NCBI RefSeq assembly: GCF_053078305.1
Contig: NZ_CP166879.1
Direction: 5' to 3' (one strand)
Length of the DNA stretch: 64,000 nt
How positions within the stretch are numbered: the stretch's first letter is position 1; every line of letters starts with the position of its first letter. The translations under genes were made by a program, and so were the position numbers. Shown piece by piece: positions 24,363 through 34,397 of the stretch. The notes under the pieces were generated by a model. That model worked only from the letters and a program-made list of their open reading frames with translations. It ran no database searches and was not told where the DNA came from.

Positions 24363-27300
24363 ATGAACCTCAGAAAAAAACATATCTGTATAGCCATATC
24401 ACTTGTTCTTAATCCGGCATCCATATCACAGGTCAGTGCTCAGGCAGATACAAATAAGTTAACTGTTGAAGTTGATGAAACCAGCCTTGGCCATGATGTC
24501 TATGGCGATGACTGGAAGAGCATTGAAATAGGTACAACGAAATTTACAGCAAAAGATGAATCAAAGGGAATTAATTTCGACCATAAATCACCGGTGGCTG
24601 AAGGACGTAACTCTATCGCGATTGGTACCAGTGCAGAGGCTGGAGGTGACATTAGCACGAAGGAAGGTTTGTACACAGGCGAGTCTATTGCGATAGGAGC
24701 GAAAACGAAAGCAACTAAAGAACAGTCAATTGCAATAGGTGGCGATACCAAAGCTACCGGATGGGGGGCTATTGTTATTGGTGGGGATGATTTAACTCCT
24801 TTGCATGGTAAGACTTATGGTCGGGAAAAAATAGAGAATGGCTATCTTGCATCGGAAGCGCAGGGGGATGGCAGTATTGCGCTGGGCAGCAGAACTTTTG
24901 CTAAAGGCGAATTGTCAGTATCGCTTGGTTCGGTGAGTTCTGCTGAGGGGATGGCCTCGAATGCAATTGGAGCCACGGCGGAAGCTAAAGGGGATATGGC
25001 GACTGCGGTTGGTTTTAATGCGCTGGCTAATGCCGGTAATGCTCTGGCCGTTGGTAGTCAGTCCTCTGCAAATAAAAACGATGCTCTTGCTGTTGGTTCA
25101 GAGGCAAATGCCGCTCAGAATGAAACGGTTGCCCTGGGGCATGGAGCAACCGTTACTGTCGCAAAGGGGAACGTGTCCATCGGCGCTGACTCCAGGGATA
25201 AGCAGGCACAAAAAGTAACAGAGGCTAAGGTCAGAACTAAAAGAGGCGCGGAAGTCACATATAGTGGCTTTGCCGGAAATAACGCAGCATCAGTAGTATC
25301 TGTTGGTGATGCGGGTAAAGAGCGTCAGATTGTTAACGTGGGGGCGGGTGCGATTTCTGACACAAGTACAGATGCCATTAACGGTAGTCAGTTATATGCG
25401 ATAGCGAAGACACTGAAAGATGACCTTGATGCCATTAATCCGACGTGGACGCTAAAGGATGATAAGGGAGGTTCTGCGACTATTAATGGTGGGAAGGATA
25501 ATAAGAATGGTAACACTTTAACTGTTAAAGGTGATGGAGATATTGCAGTTACTGTTAATGATAAAGGAATGACGATTGACGGAACAACGCTGAAAAATGA
25601 AATAAAAAATGATGCCATCAAAATTAAAGGTGGAGATGGTAAGACGCTGACGAAGAGTCTTGGTGACAATGTCGAAATCACTGGCAAAGGCCCAATAAAA
25701 ACCCAGGTGGCTGGAGATAAACTGGAGATTTCAGCAGAGACAGCTTCGTTGCCTGTAAATGGTGGTAACGGGAAGATTACAGTAAACAATGGTGATGGCG
25801 ATAAACTTGTTACTGCGAAAAACATTGCTGATGCCATAAACCAGTCTGGCTGGAAAATTAAAGCGGATAAAGATACCGGTGGTGTTATCGAGGGAAATGG
25901 TCAGGGAACAGAAACACTGATAAAACCCGGTGATATGGTTACGCTGAAAGCCGGTAAAAATCTCAGCGTGAAACAAAGTGGTGGTGATTTTACATTCTCT
26001 GTTATTGATACTCCGTCATTCAGCAGTGTTCAGCTGAATGGAAAAGGAAATAACGGAAGTGTAACGCTCTCATCCGAAGGTAATAAGCTGACATTGTCAG
26101 GCGGTAATGGTGCCGGACAAAATGGTGTTGTTATCAGTGGTGTGGCAAGTGGACTGGAAGGTAAGGAACTTTCGACGTTAACGAATACTGATAAAGAGAT
26201 GAAAAATGCCGCCAGTGTTGCAGACCTGAAAACGGCAATTGATGGTGTGTCCTCCAGTATGCAGGGTGCAGGTTTCGCACTGAAAGACTCTGATGATAAG
26301 GAAGTGAAACAGTCTCTTGGGCAGGCGATTAAAGTATCCGGGGACAGCAATATCACCACCACAGCCATCACCAATGGGGATAAGGGGTTAAAAATATCCC
26401 TGAATAATGACCTGAGCGTTGGGAGCAATAATACTCCCGGCAGCATCAAAGTTAACGGGGCTGATGGTAAGGAGGCTGTGAGTCTGAATGGTCAGGATGG
26501 CACGATTAAACTGACATCCTCGCCTGCTGCGGGTGGAAAGTCTGCGTCAGCAACCATTGCTGTTAATGCAGGCAAAGGTGGATTAACAGATGCTGCCGGT
26601 ACCACGAAGACACGTCTGACTTATACCCCGGATGGAAAATCACCGGCAGAAGAGCTGGCGACCATGAATGACGGTCTTTCTTTTGAGGGTGATGACGGAA
26701 AGGTTATTCATAAAAAACTGAATGAAAAACTGACCATCAAAGGTGGTGCAGAGAAGAATGCTGAAGTGACTGACGGCAATATCCGGGTTGATAATGATAA
26801 TGGCGGGCTTCTGGTGAGGATGACCAGAAACCTCCGTGATTTGGCCAGCGCGGTTTTTGGTACAGGTGGGCAGATAACAACAGTTAATGATAAAGGCATC
26901 ACAATCACAACACCTGCTGCGGGCGGTGGTCAGGGGAATACGGTTTCCCTTACCGGCTCCGGCCTGAATAACGGTGGAAATCAGATAACCAGTGTGGCCA
27001 GTGGTCTGAACGGCACTGCGCTTGCTGACGCCGGTGGAGATGTTCTGAATAATGCGGCCAATATCGGTGACCTGAAAAATGCTCTCCGTGACAGCAGTGC
27101 GGCACTGGTGAATACCGGCTTTGGTCTGCAGGCGGATGACGGAAGCAAGGTGAACACGTCTCTCGGGAAGCATATCACGGTTGGTGGTGACGGGCAGAAT
27201 ATCAGCACGACTGTTCAGAACGGGAGCCTGACGGTCAGACTCGCTGATAACATTCGCCTGGGAGATGACGGCAGTGTTTCTGTCGGCGGAACCCGGATGG

Positions 27301-28694
27301 ATAAAAACGGACTGACCATCAAGGATGGCCCGTCAGTGACTGTGAACGGTATTGATGCGGCTGGCCGGGTTATTTCCGGCGTGAAAGACGGGGTGAATGA
27401 CCAGGACGCCGTTAACGTTTCACAACTGAACCGTGAAATCAGTCAGGCAACGGCAGCAACGACCTGGGCACTGAAGACTGAATCCGGTGATGAGGCTGTT
27501 GCTGTTTCCTCCCAGACGGTTGAAGTCCGTCACGGACAGAATACCCGGGTTTCAGCCATCAGTAAGGATGATAAGGGAAATTACAGCTATGAGATTGATG
27601 TGACGGGGATTCCGGTGGAGTACACCGACAGCCAGGGGAACCCGCTTGTCAATATTGGTGGTCGTTTTTACACACAGACCGAAGATGCTGCGACCGGGAA
27701 ACTGACAATGACGCCGGCTGAGCCGGCCCGTGTCAGAATAAGCAGTGAGCAGCCTCTTGTTCTGACAAATGTGGCGGCCGGAAATGTGTCACCGGTATCC
27801 ACGGATGCGGTTAACGGGAGCCAGCTGGCATCTGCAGCCAGAATTGCTGGCGGTGATAATGTTGTCTGGAAAGACGGAAAAGCAGCGCTGGCTCCTGACA
27901 CCTTCAGTGAGCTGACAACTGCAGGTGGCGGTAAGACAACGGTGAATGGTGGTGTACATAAAACACCGGATAATGTGGCTGATGCAGTGAATATGCTGAA
28001 CCGTGAAGGCACGAAGTATTTTAAAGCTGCCTCTTCCGGTCAGGCAGCAAAAGCGGAAGGGCGTGACAGTATTGCTGTCGGACAGGGGGCCGTTTCCCGG
28101 GGACAAAACAGCATTGCCATGGGTAATGGTGCTGAAGTCACGCGTCAGGCTGCTGCCGGCTCTGTTGCAGTTGGCAGCCATGCCCGTGCTGGCCGCGCGA
28201 ATACCGGGACTTATGCCCTGAACGGTCAGGCTGTTGCGGGACGTACCGGAAGTGATACTGCGGTGGTTTCTTTTGGTCAGCCGGGACAGGAGCGTCAGCT
28301 GCAGTCAGTGGCACCGGGTGTGTTGTCTGCGAATTCAACGGATGCCGTCAATGGCAGTCAGTTGCATGCAACTAACCGTCAGGTTGCCGGAAATACACAG
28401 GCGATAAACACCCTCGGGAATAAATTCAGTCAGCTGAGCTACCGGGTGGAAGAGCTTAACCGGGATATCCGTGGTGTTGGTGCATCGGCTGCGGCCATGA
28501 GCGGGATACCTCAGGCCTATCTGCCGGGTAAAAGTCTGATGGGGCTGGGTGTCGGTGGATATGGTGGTGAAAGCGCCATTGCAATAGGGGTGTCCCGAAT
28601 CTCCGATAACGGTAAGATGATAATGAAACTGAATGCAGGTCAGAACACCCGGGGTAATTTCTCCGTCGGTGCCGGTGTGGGCTGGCAGTGGTAA
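24363..28694 (+). CDS. Trimeric autotransporter adhesin (YadA/Hia family, 1443 aa)
   Basis: Signal peptide. SIAIG/ALAVG head repeats. Repeated neck motifs (TDA(I/V)NGSQL). C-terminal YadA-type anchor ...GYGGESAIAIGVSRISDNGKMIMKLNAGQNTRGNFSVGAGVGWQW. Start set at ATG 24363. Confidence 0.9.
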   Translation: MNLRKKHICIAISLVLNPASISQVSAQADTNKLTVEVDETSLGHDVYGDDWKSIEIGTTKFTAKDESKGINFDHKSPVAEGRNSIAIGTSAEAGGDISTKEGLYTGESIAIGAKTKATKEQSIAIGGDTKATGWGAIVIGGDDLTPLHGKTYGREKIENGYLASEAQGDGSIALGSRTFAKGELSVSLGSVSSAEGMASNAIGATAEAKGDMATAVGFNALANAGNALAVGSQSSANKNDALAVGSEANAAQNETVALGHGATVTVAKGNVSIGADSRDKQAQKVTEAKVRTKRGAEVTYSGFAGNNAASVVSVGDAGKERQIVNVGAGAISDTSTDAINGSQLYAIAKTLKDDLDAINPTWTLKDDKGGSATINGGKDNKNGNTLTVKGDGDIAVTVNDKGMTIDGTTLKNEIKNDAIKIKGGDGKTLTKSLGDNVEITGKGPIKTQVAGDKLEISAETASLPVNGGNGKITVNNGDGDKLVTAKNIADAINQSGWKIKADKDTGGVIEGNGQGTETLIKPGDMVTLKAGKNLSVKQSGGDFTFSVIDTPSFSSVQLNGKGNNGSVTLSSEGNKLTLSGGNGAGQNGVVISGVASGLEGKELSTLTNTDKEMKNAASVADLKTAIDGVSSSMQGAGFALKDSDDKEVKQSLGQAIKVSGDSNITTTAITNGDKGLKISLNNDLSVGSNNTPGSIKVNGADGKEAVSLNGQDGTIKLTSSPAAGGKSASATIAVNAGKGGLTDAAGTTKTRLTYTPDGKSPAEELATMNDGLSFEGDDGKVIHKKLNEKLTIKGGAEKNAEVTDGNIRVDNDNGGLLVRMTRNLRDLASAVFGTGGQITTVNDKGITITTPAAGGGQGNTVSLTGSGLNNGGNQITSVASGLNGTALADAGGDVLNNAANIGDLKNALRDSSAALVNTGFGLQADDGSKVNTSLGKHITVGGDGQNISTTVQNGSLTVRLADNIRLGDDGSVSVGGTRMDKNGLTIKDGPSVTVNGIDAAGRVISGVKDGVNDQDAVNVSQLNREISQATAATTWALKTESGDEAVAVSSQTVEVRHGQNTRVSAISKDDKGNYSYEIDVTGIPVEYTDSQGNPLVNIGGRFYTQTEDAATGKLTMTPAEPARVRISSEQPLVLTNVAAGNVSPVSTDAVNGSQLASAARIAGGDNVVWKDGKAALAPDTFSELTTAGGGKTTVNGGVHKTPDNVADAVNMLNREGTKYFKAASSGQAAKAEGRDSIAVGQGAVSRGQNSIAMGNGAEVTRQAAAGSVAVGSHARAGRANTGTYALNGQAVAGRTGSDTAVVSFGQPGQERQLQSVAPGVLSANSTDAVNGSQLHATNRQVAGNTQAINTLGNKFSQLSYRVEELNRDIRGVGASAAAMSGIPQAYLPGKSLMGLGVGGYGGESAIAIGVSRISDNGKMIMKLNAGQNTRGNFSVGAGVGWQW

Positions 28695-28718
28695 CAGGGA
28701 AAAGCAAGGAGAAATGTA

Positions 28719-29498
28719 ATGTTATTTAGTCGAATGATGATGACGGGTGTGCTGTCCCTGATGCTTGCAGGATGTGGAAATCTGAGTCATGTCACGGATG
28801 AAGGAACGACGGAAGAAGTGGTATGGCCTTCTCCGGAGAAGGTGATGTTTAATCATGACGGAACACAGAAAGGTTCGTGGCCACTGCCAGAAAAGTTACG
28901 TCAGATAAAGGCGGGTATGAATAAGGACCAGATTTATCAGCTGGCGGGGAGACCACACTTTGCTGAAGGGATGTCTGGTGTAAGGGAATGGGATTACCTG
29001 TTCAACTTTACCGGACCGGAGGGGGATTATACCTGCCAGTACAAGATACTGTTTGACCGGAACATGGATGCCCGCTCTTTCTACTGGAAGCCGGAAAACT
29101 GTCTGCCGGAGGCAGAGACAGCAGAATACAGGGAGTCAGTCCCCGGTGATATATTATTTGATTTTGATTCATGGACTCTGACAGAGAGGGGGCGTGATGC
29201 GCTTTCCCGTGTGGCAGAGAAGTTTCAGGCGGGTCATGTTGTCGGGGTGAAGATAGAAGGATTTACGGACCATCTTGGCGGGCAGGCGTATAACCGGCTC
29301 CTGTCAGAGAAACGGGCGGAATCAGTCAGGGGGTGGTTTATTGCCCGGGGATTCAGGGCTGAAAGGATACATGCAACGGGCCGTGGATATGATGCACCAG
29401 TGGTGTTCTGCCCGGATGTGGAGGGCGAAGCACTGAAGGAATGTCTGCGCCCCAACCGCAGGGTTGAAATAACCGGGGAAACATCAGTGACTGATTAA
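28719..29498 (+). CDS. OmpA-family lipoprotein (BamE/SmpA-like N-domain plus OmpA_C peptidoglycan-binding domain)
   Basis: Lipobox LMLAGC, KAGMNKDQIYQLAGRPHF, FDFDSWTL...EGFTDHLGG..YN..LSEKRAESV, NRRVEI. Starts 24 nt after the adhesin gene. Confidence 0.85.
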   Translation: MLFSRMMMTGVLSLMLAGCGNLSHVTDEGTTEEVVWPSPEKVMFNHDGTQKGSWPLPEKLRQIKAGMNKDQIYQLAGRPHFAEGMSGVREWDYLFNFTGPEGDYTCQYKILFDRNMDARSFYWKPENCLPEAETAEYRESVPGDILFDFDSWTLTERGRDALSRVAEKFQAGHVVGVKIEGFTDHLGGQAYNRLLSEKRAESVRGWFIARGFRAERIHATGRGYDAPVVFCPDVEGEALKECLRPNRRVEITGETSVTD

Positions 29499-29522
29499 CA
29501 ATAAAGTGCCCCGGGAACTAAT

Positions 29523-29555
29523 GCCAGTCAGTTCAGCAACTGACTGGCTCTTTTT
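29523..29555 (+). terminator. Rho-independent terminator of the adhesin/OmpA-like unit
   Basis: GCCAGTCAGTT (29523-29533) pairs with AACTGACTGGC (29538-29548), followed by TCTTTTT. Confidence 0.8.
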
Positions 29556-29612
29556 CGGGGCTGTGGGGTATTTCCAGGGAGCCTGTTTAGGAATCTGTGT
29601 AAATGCCTTTTC

Positions 29613-30134
29613 TCAGAAGTGACCGTCCAGGCGGTCACCGAACTCGATAATAAAGCGGCTCATTGCCATTCGCCGGTTTTGCCATTCTACAACCTGCTCC
29701 ATCACGGCATCGGTGACCTTTGATATCAGTGCCGGTGAAACATCTGCGTCATACAGCTCTTTGAACGCAGCAGCGATCTCACGGGTGGTCATCCCTTTGG
29801 CATACAACGAGAAGATCTGGTTATCCATCCCAGTAATACGGGTCTGATTTTTCTTTACCAGTTGTGGTTCGAAGGTACCGTCACGATCGCGCGGAGTACG
29901 CAGTTCCAGTGGACCGTCGCCTGTGATAACGGTCTTTGTGGAATAACCGTTGCGGGAGTTAGTTCCCGGTTTGGACTGATTTTTCTCATACCCAAGATGG
30001 TGTGTCATCTCTGCATTGAGAGCGGCTTCAACGCTGATCTTTTTCAGTAGACGGTCAAACTGGCTGAGGTCTTCAGGGGTTTTGAGGTTTTTGGCCAGTT
30101 CGTTAGCCAGAGCCTGTAACTGTTTTTCGTCCAT
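29613..30134 (-). pseudogene. IS256-family (mutator-type) transposase, N-terminal fragment only
   Basis: MDEKQLQALANELAKNLKTPEDLSQFDRLLKK...GMTTREI... is the conserved N-terminal part. Similarity ends after VEWQNR and there is no DDE domain. Confidence 0.8.
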
Positions 30135-30149
30135 AAATTAACCTTCATT

Positions 30150-31560
30150 TGATGCTTGATTGAACATATCAAAATCAGGCAATTACACAAATCTATGTAC
30201 AGGCTCTTTCCAAGGCCTCTCCTTTACCACTCTCGGGAAGCCCCTTTCCCTTCTTGTCGGTAATTTCACAAGTTGTCCCATACTTGCAAGATCGCGCATC
30301 AGCCCCGGTATACGTCCCGGTGAAGCGCCCTGCAATGTCATCACCATTCCGCATGATTCTGAGAAACTCAGTTGATTCGGCCAGTAACCTTTCAGATGTT
30401 CCGCCATTTTAATCATCTGACATCTTACCAGATTATAAGCCAGTAAGACACCCCACAGCTCTTGCTCCACAAGCTCCGGCTTTTTACAGCGTCAGCCTGC
30501 TCAGTTGCATCGTCTGTTTTATCTCCCTGTATCCCAGTTCAATTTCCCGGCGATGACTGTACAGATCCGCCATTTCTCCCCCGGGGAAGCGCATGGCGTC
30601 CGTCATCGACGTCAGCAGATGGCAGACTTCTCCTTTGCGCGTCACGGTCAGCAGGCGGGCTGTCACCTCATTTCCCAGTCCCGGCCACTTTTTTCGTGCC
30701 TGCGGGCTGGTTTTCAGCTTCACCAGATGATCGCCTTTACCCAGTTTTCTGATCTCTTCATATTGCGCTCCCTTTCTGAGAGGGATCATCCAGTGGCGGT
30801 GTTCTCCCACCAGGCTCCAGGCATTTAACAGTCCCAGTGAGTAATAACCTTTATCCATTAACGTCAGGGTGTTATCGCCGGTTTGTTCTATAAGTTGCTC
30901 AGCAAGCTCATTTTCGCTGTTCTTCATCGTGCCGAAGGCTCAGCCGTAAGCAGATGGCTGGTCAGTTCCATCTGGCAGACTATTTTGACCTGCGGGTAGA
31001 GCGCCGGGTTGCCGGCATGTATCTGGCGGGGGAAGGCTGCATCGTTCTCTGGTGTATCCGGTGTGCGCCAGAACATACCATCGATGGCCAGCAGGGTCAG
31101 GCCGCATCAGTGCGGATGCGGCGTGGCGTTATGCCAGAGCTGCGCTGTTTTCGTGAACACGCGGCGGACAGCCTCACTTCCCAGGTGCTGGCGGGCCTGA
31201 ATAACGGCACTGGGGGCAACGAAGGGGCGATTGCCGGCAGCATGATGTCCAGGCGATTCACAATCTGGTGAAGGGGCTCTTTACGCTCAAGCGCCATGCC
31301 AACAATACACCAGACCATCATTTCGAGGGGAAGACGGCGCTTGCGTAGCGTTACCGTACCTGATTCGGCAAGGCAACGAGAGATGAGTTCGGGGTCGAGG
31401 TAATCCCCCAGAGAAGCCAGTGGGTTACGCAGAGAATCGTAACGGGATACCAGATCAAGGGCCTGTCCAGTGTGCATAAAAAATCCGGAAACGAGTGAGC
31501 GTTTCCGGATTCTTACACAACCACTGGATCGGTCAACTGATCCTTAACCGATCGGCATTA
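30150..31560 (-). mobile_element. IS4 copy with an inactivated transposase. Right terminus is at 31560; the left terminus is approximate.
   Basis: The terminal sequence ...CCGATCGGCATTA ends at 31560, which I remember as an IS4 end. The size is consistent with ~1.43 kb. Confidence 0.7.
30183..31477 (-). pseudogene. IS4 transposase (InsG-like) broken by frameshifts
   Basis: Three collinear ORF pieces (31477-31097, 30927-30484, 30470-30183) match the remembered InsG sequence (MHTGQALDLVSRYDSLRNPL..., ...MKNSENELAEQLIEQTGDNTLTLMDKGYY..., ...EQELWGVLLAYNLVR...). The middle third is readable only in another frame. Confidence 0.85.
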
Positions 31561-31590
31561 CGGCATTGCCGGGGTCAGACTAAGCATCTT

Positions 31591-32166
31591 TTAGACGTTG
31601 ACGCCGTGCTGGGAAGCAAGCGCTGACAGGCCACCGGAAAAACCCTGACCGACAGCTTTAAACTTCCACTCAGCGCCATGGCGATACAGTTCACCGAAGA
31701 CCATTGCGGTTTCAGTTGAGGCGTCTTCAGACAGATCGAAACGGGCAATTTCCGCGCCGTTATCGTTGTTGTAAACGCGCATGAAGCTGTTGCTCACCAT
31801 GCCGAAATTTTGTTTACGCGCTTCTGCATCATAGATGGTAACGGCAAATACCAGTTTTTTGACGTCAACTGAGACTTTTGCCAGATCGATTTTAATTTGC
31901 TCATCGTCACCATCGCCTTCACCGGTACGGTTGTCACCCTGGTGCTCTACTGCGCCATCAGGGCTGGTTTTATTATTGAAGAAAATGAAATGGGCATCTG
32001 ACAGCACTTTACCGTCTTCACCTACTGCGAATACGGAAGCGTCCAGATCAAAAGCCTGACCGTCAGTTACACGGGCATCCCAGCCAAGACCAACCATAGC
32101 AACATTCATGGTCGGTGCTTCTTTGGTCAGAGATATGTTGCCGCCTTTTACGAGAGAAACTGCCAT
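31591..32166 (-). CDS. terE: Tellurium resistance protein TerE (TerD-domain, 191 aa)
   Basis: [18 protein letters not shown]...[13 protein letters not shown]... Start set at ATG 32166 after AGGAG. Confidence 0.92.
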   Translation of the reverse strand: MAVSLVKGGNISLTKEAPTMNVAMVGLGWDARVTDGQAFDLDASVFAVGEDGKVLSDAHFIFFNNKTSPDGAVEHQGDNRTGEGDGDDEQIKIDLAKVSVDVKKLVFAVTIYDAEARKQNFGMVSNSFMRVYNNDNGAEIARFDLSEDASTETAMVFGELYRHGAEWKFKAVGQGFSGGLSALASQHGVNV

Positions 32167-32233
32167 TTTTAACTCCTGCAAACAGTTGAATGAGGGCTGA
32201 ATCAACAGCCCGGAATGAAAAGTTAGTTTTCGA

Positions 32234-32812
32234 TCAAGACGCGTTAATGCCGTACTGAGCACATACAGATGCCAGCCCCCCCGCATAACCCTGACCTACA
32301 GCACGGAATTTCCACTCACCATTGTGACGATACAGTTCACCGAACAGCATGGCGGTTTCAGTGGACGCATCTTCAGTCAGATCGTAGCGAGCAACTTCAG
32401 TCTGGTTATCGTCATTAACCAGGCGAATAAACGCCCCGGAAACCTGACCAAAGTTCTGACGGCGAGCCTGAGCATCATGGATCGTCACAACGAAGATGAT
32501 CCTGTCGATGTCAGACGGGACAGTATCAAGTTTAATTTTCAGCGATTCATCATCACCATCCCCCTCACCAGTACGGTTATCGCCGGTGTGCGTTACAGAA
32601 CCGTCGGATGACGTCAGGTTGTTATAGAAGATGAAATCTGAATCGCCACGCACTTTGCCGTTTGCGGTCAGCAGGAATGCTGAAGCATCCAAGTCAAAGT
32701 CCTGACCGTCAGTTGAACGTGCATCCCAGCCAAGACCCACCAGGACGTTTTTCATTGACGGAGCTGCTTTACTCAGGGAGACGTTCCCGCCTTTGGAAAG
32801 AGAAACACTCAT
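32234..32812 (-). CDS. terD: Tellurium resistance protein TerD (192 aa)
   Basis: [32 protein letters not shown]...[13 protein letters not shown]. Start set at ATG 32812. Confidence 0.92.
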   Translation of the reverse strand: MSVSLSKGGNVSLSKAAPSMKNVLVGLGWDARSTDGQDFDLDASAFLLTANGKVRGDSDFIFYNNLTSSDGSVTHTGDNRTGEGDGDDESLKIKLDTVPSDIDRIIFVVTIHDAQARRQNFGQVSGAFIRLVNDDNQTEVARYDLTEDASTETAMLFGELYRHNGEWKFRAVGQGYAGGLASVCAQYGINAS

Positions 32813-32860
32813 AAAATAACCTCTTCGATTAGTAATTGCTCCGGTTAACACTTAAGGGGA

Positions 32861-33901
32861 TCAGTTCCCCTTTTCCTCAGATTCAGGTTTGCCGGGGAAA
32901 ATAACGCTTGCGAGAATGCCCAGCACCAGAACCCCCAGTACAACATACAGGCTGGTTGTCGCAGCGATGCTGTAACCATGATGCCAGATGTGATCGGTCG
33001 CGTTCAGGCCCAGTTTTACCGCAATGAAGAACAACAACACGATAACAGCCTTTTCCAGATGAATCAGGTACTGTTTCAGTGCTTCAAGGACAAAGTACAG
33101 AGTACGCAGCCCCAGGATAGCAAACATCATGGCACTATAGACGATAAGCGGTTCACGACTGACAGCAATGATTGCCGGTACCGAGTCAAACGCAAACATA
33201 ACATCCGAGAGTTCAACCACGGCCACACACAGGAACAGAGGGGTCGCATACAGCGCCGCCTTTTTACCACGGTCAATGGTTACATCACTGTTTTCTGGTT
33301 TCGCCAGTTCAGCATCCACTTCCTTCTGGTTAAGCAGGAAGGCATGCCCACGTAGCTTCGGCCAGACAGGGAAGAAACGTTTAACCATGCGGTAAGCCAG
33401 ATGCTGGGAGTAATCTTCAATTTCATCATCATCATCACCGCTTTTAAGCATCATGACCGCTGTCCAGGCAACGATGATAGCGAAGACGACTTCAACGTAC
33501 GGCCCCAGACTCAGCAGGCTCGTACCGATGGCGACAAAGATTCCCCTGAAGACGATCGCTCCAATGATCCCCCAGTAAAGCACACGGTGCCGATAACGAT
33601 CCGGAACAGCGAACCAGGAAAAGATGGCCATCATGACAAACAGGTTGTCGACCGACAGTACTTTCTCCAGCGCATACCCCGTGACAAACAAACTGGCAAC
33701 TTCAGCACCGTGGTGGATATAGAGGAAACCGGCAAATGCCATCGCAACAACAACCCAGAATACGGACCAGAGCGCCGCACTCTTCAGGGAGATTGGCTTG
33801 TCATCACGGTGCATAAACAGGTCAATAAAGATGGCTCCGACTGAAAGAGCAATAAAAACAATGACCGTTTCAGTCGGGAAGCCGATGTGTGTGGAAACCA
33901 T
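32861..33901 (-). CDS. terC: Integral membrane protein TerC (346 aa)
   Basis: Multi-pass membrane protein with the TerC-family pattern ...YALEKVLSVDNLFVM... The position in the operon also fits. Confidence 0.92.
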   Translation of the reverse strand: MVSTHIGFPTETVIVFIALSVGAIFIDLFMHRDDKPISLKSAALWSVFWVVVAMAFAGFLYIHHGAEVASLFVTGYALEKVLSVDNLFVMMAIFSWFAVPDRYRHRVLYWGIIGAIVFRGIFVAIGTSLLSLGPYVEVVFAIIVAWTAVMMLKSGDDDDEIEDYSQHLAYRMVKRFFPVWPKLRGHAFLLNQKEVDAELAKPENSDVTIDRGKKAALYATPLFLCVAVVELSDVMFAFDSVPAIIAVSREPLIVYSAMMFAILGLRTLYFVLEALKQYLIHLEKAVIVLLFFIAVKLGLNATDHIWHHGYSIAATTSLYVVLGVLVLGILASVIFPGKPESEEKGN

Positions 33902-33919
33902 ATTTTACCCTTAGGGATG

Positions 33920-34375
33920 TCAGAGGCCAAATTCAGCCGGCTCGAAGCCCAACGCGATAGCGATCTCGCGGGAGGCCAGTTTCTCGTCCTGATCGAAGTT
34001 ACCGTCGCTTTTCGCAACAGCAATACCAACACGTAAGGCCAGTTGAGCGGCCTCAGGCTGATCTTTCAGCGCCAGGATGTATTTCATGGTCTCGCCCTTG
34101 CCGATTTCAACATCGAAATCGAAGCTTGAAACCAGTTTATTGAAGAACTCGATCACCTCATTGGTATCGAAGACCTTCAGCTCTTCTGAAGAGCGCAGAA
34201 AGCCCATCATTTTCTGCTTTTCTTCCGAACTCACGCCGTCACTCGATACGGCAATACGGGCACATACAGCAACGGTGCCCTGCATGAATTTTTTGTTTTT
34301 GAAACGACCAACCTGGCGGGTCAGTTCGTCACGACCAGAGTTAATGGCACCTTTAACTTTGTCGAAAAAGCTCAT
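33920..34375 (-). CDS. terB: Tellurium resistance protein TerB (151 aa)
   Basis: MSFFDKVKGAINSGRDELTRQVGRFKNKKF... Start set at ATG 34375. Confidence 0.9.
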   Translation of the reverse strand: MSFFDKVKGAINSGRDELTRQVGRFKNKKFMQGTVAVCARIAVSSDGVSSEEKQKMMGFLRSSEELKVFDTNEVIEFFNKLVSSFDFDVEIGKGETMKYILALKDQPEAAQLALRVGIAVAKSDGNFDQDEKLASREIAIALGFEPAEFGL

Positions 34376-34397
34376 ACCAGTTTCCTTTATTGCTGTG

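Noticed and set aside
24500-28707. About a dozen 60-180-aa ORFs on both strands inside the adhesin gene, and the 212-aa ORF at 34077-34715 opposite terB/terA
   Set aside because: All overlap long genes with unmistakable family signatures. The repetitive, codon-biased sequence keeps alternative frames open.
30168-30185. TAATTGCCTGATTTTGAT as the second IS4 terminal repeat
   Set aside because: It resembles the 31560 terminus but lies in direct rather than inverted orientation and overlaps the transposase stop. I could not fix the left IS4 boundary, so it is reported as approximate.
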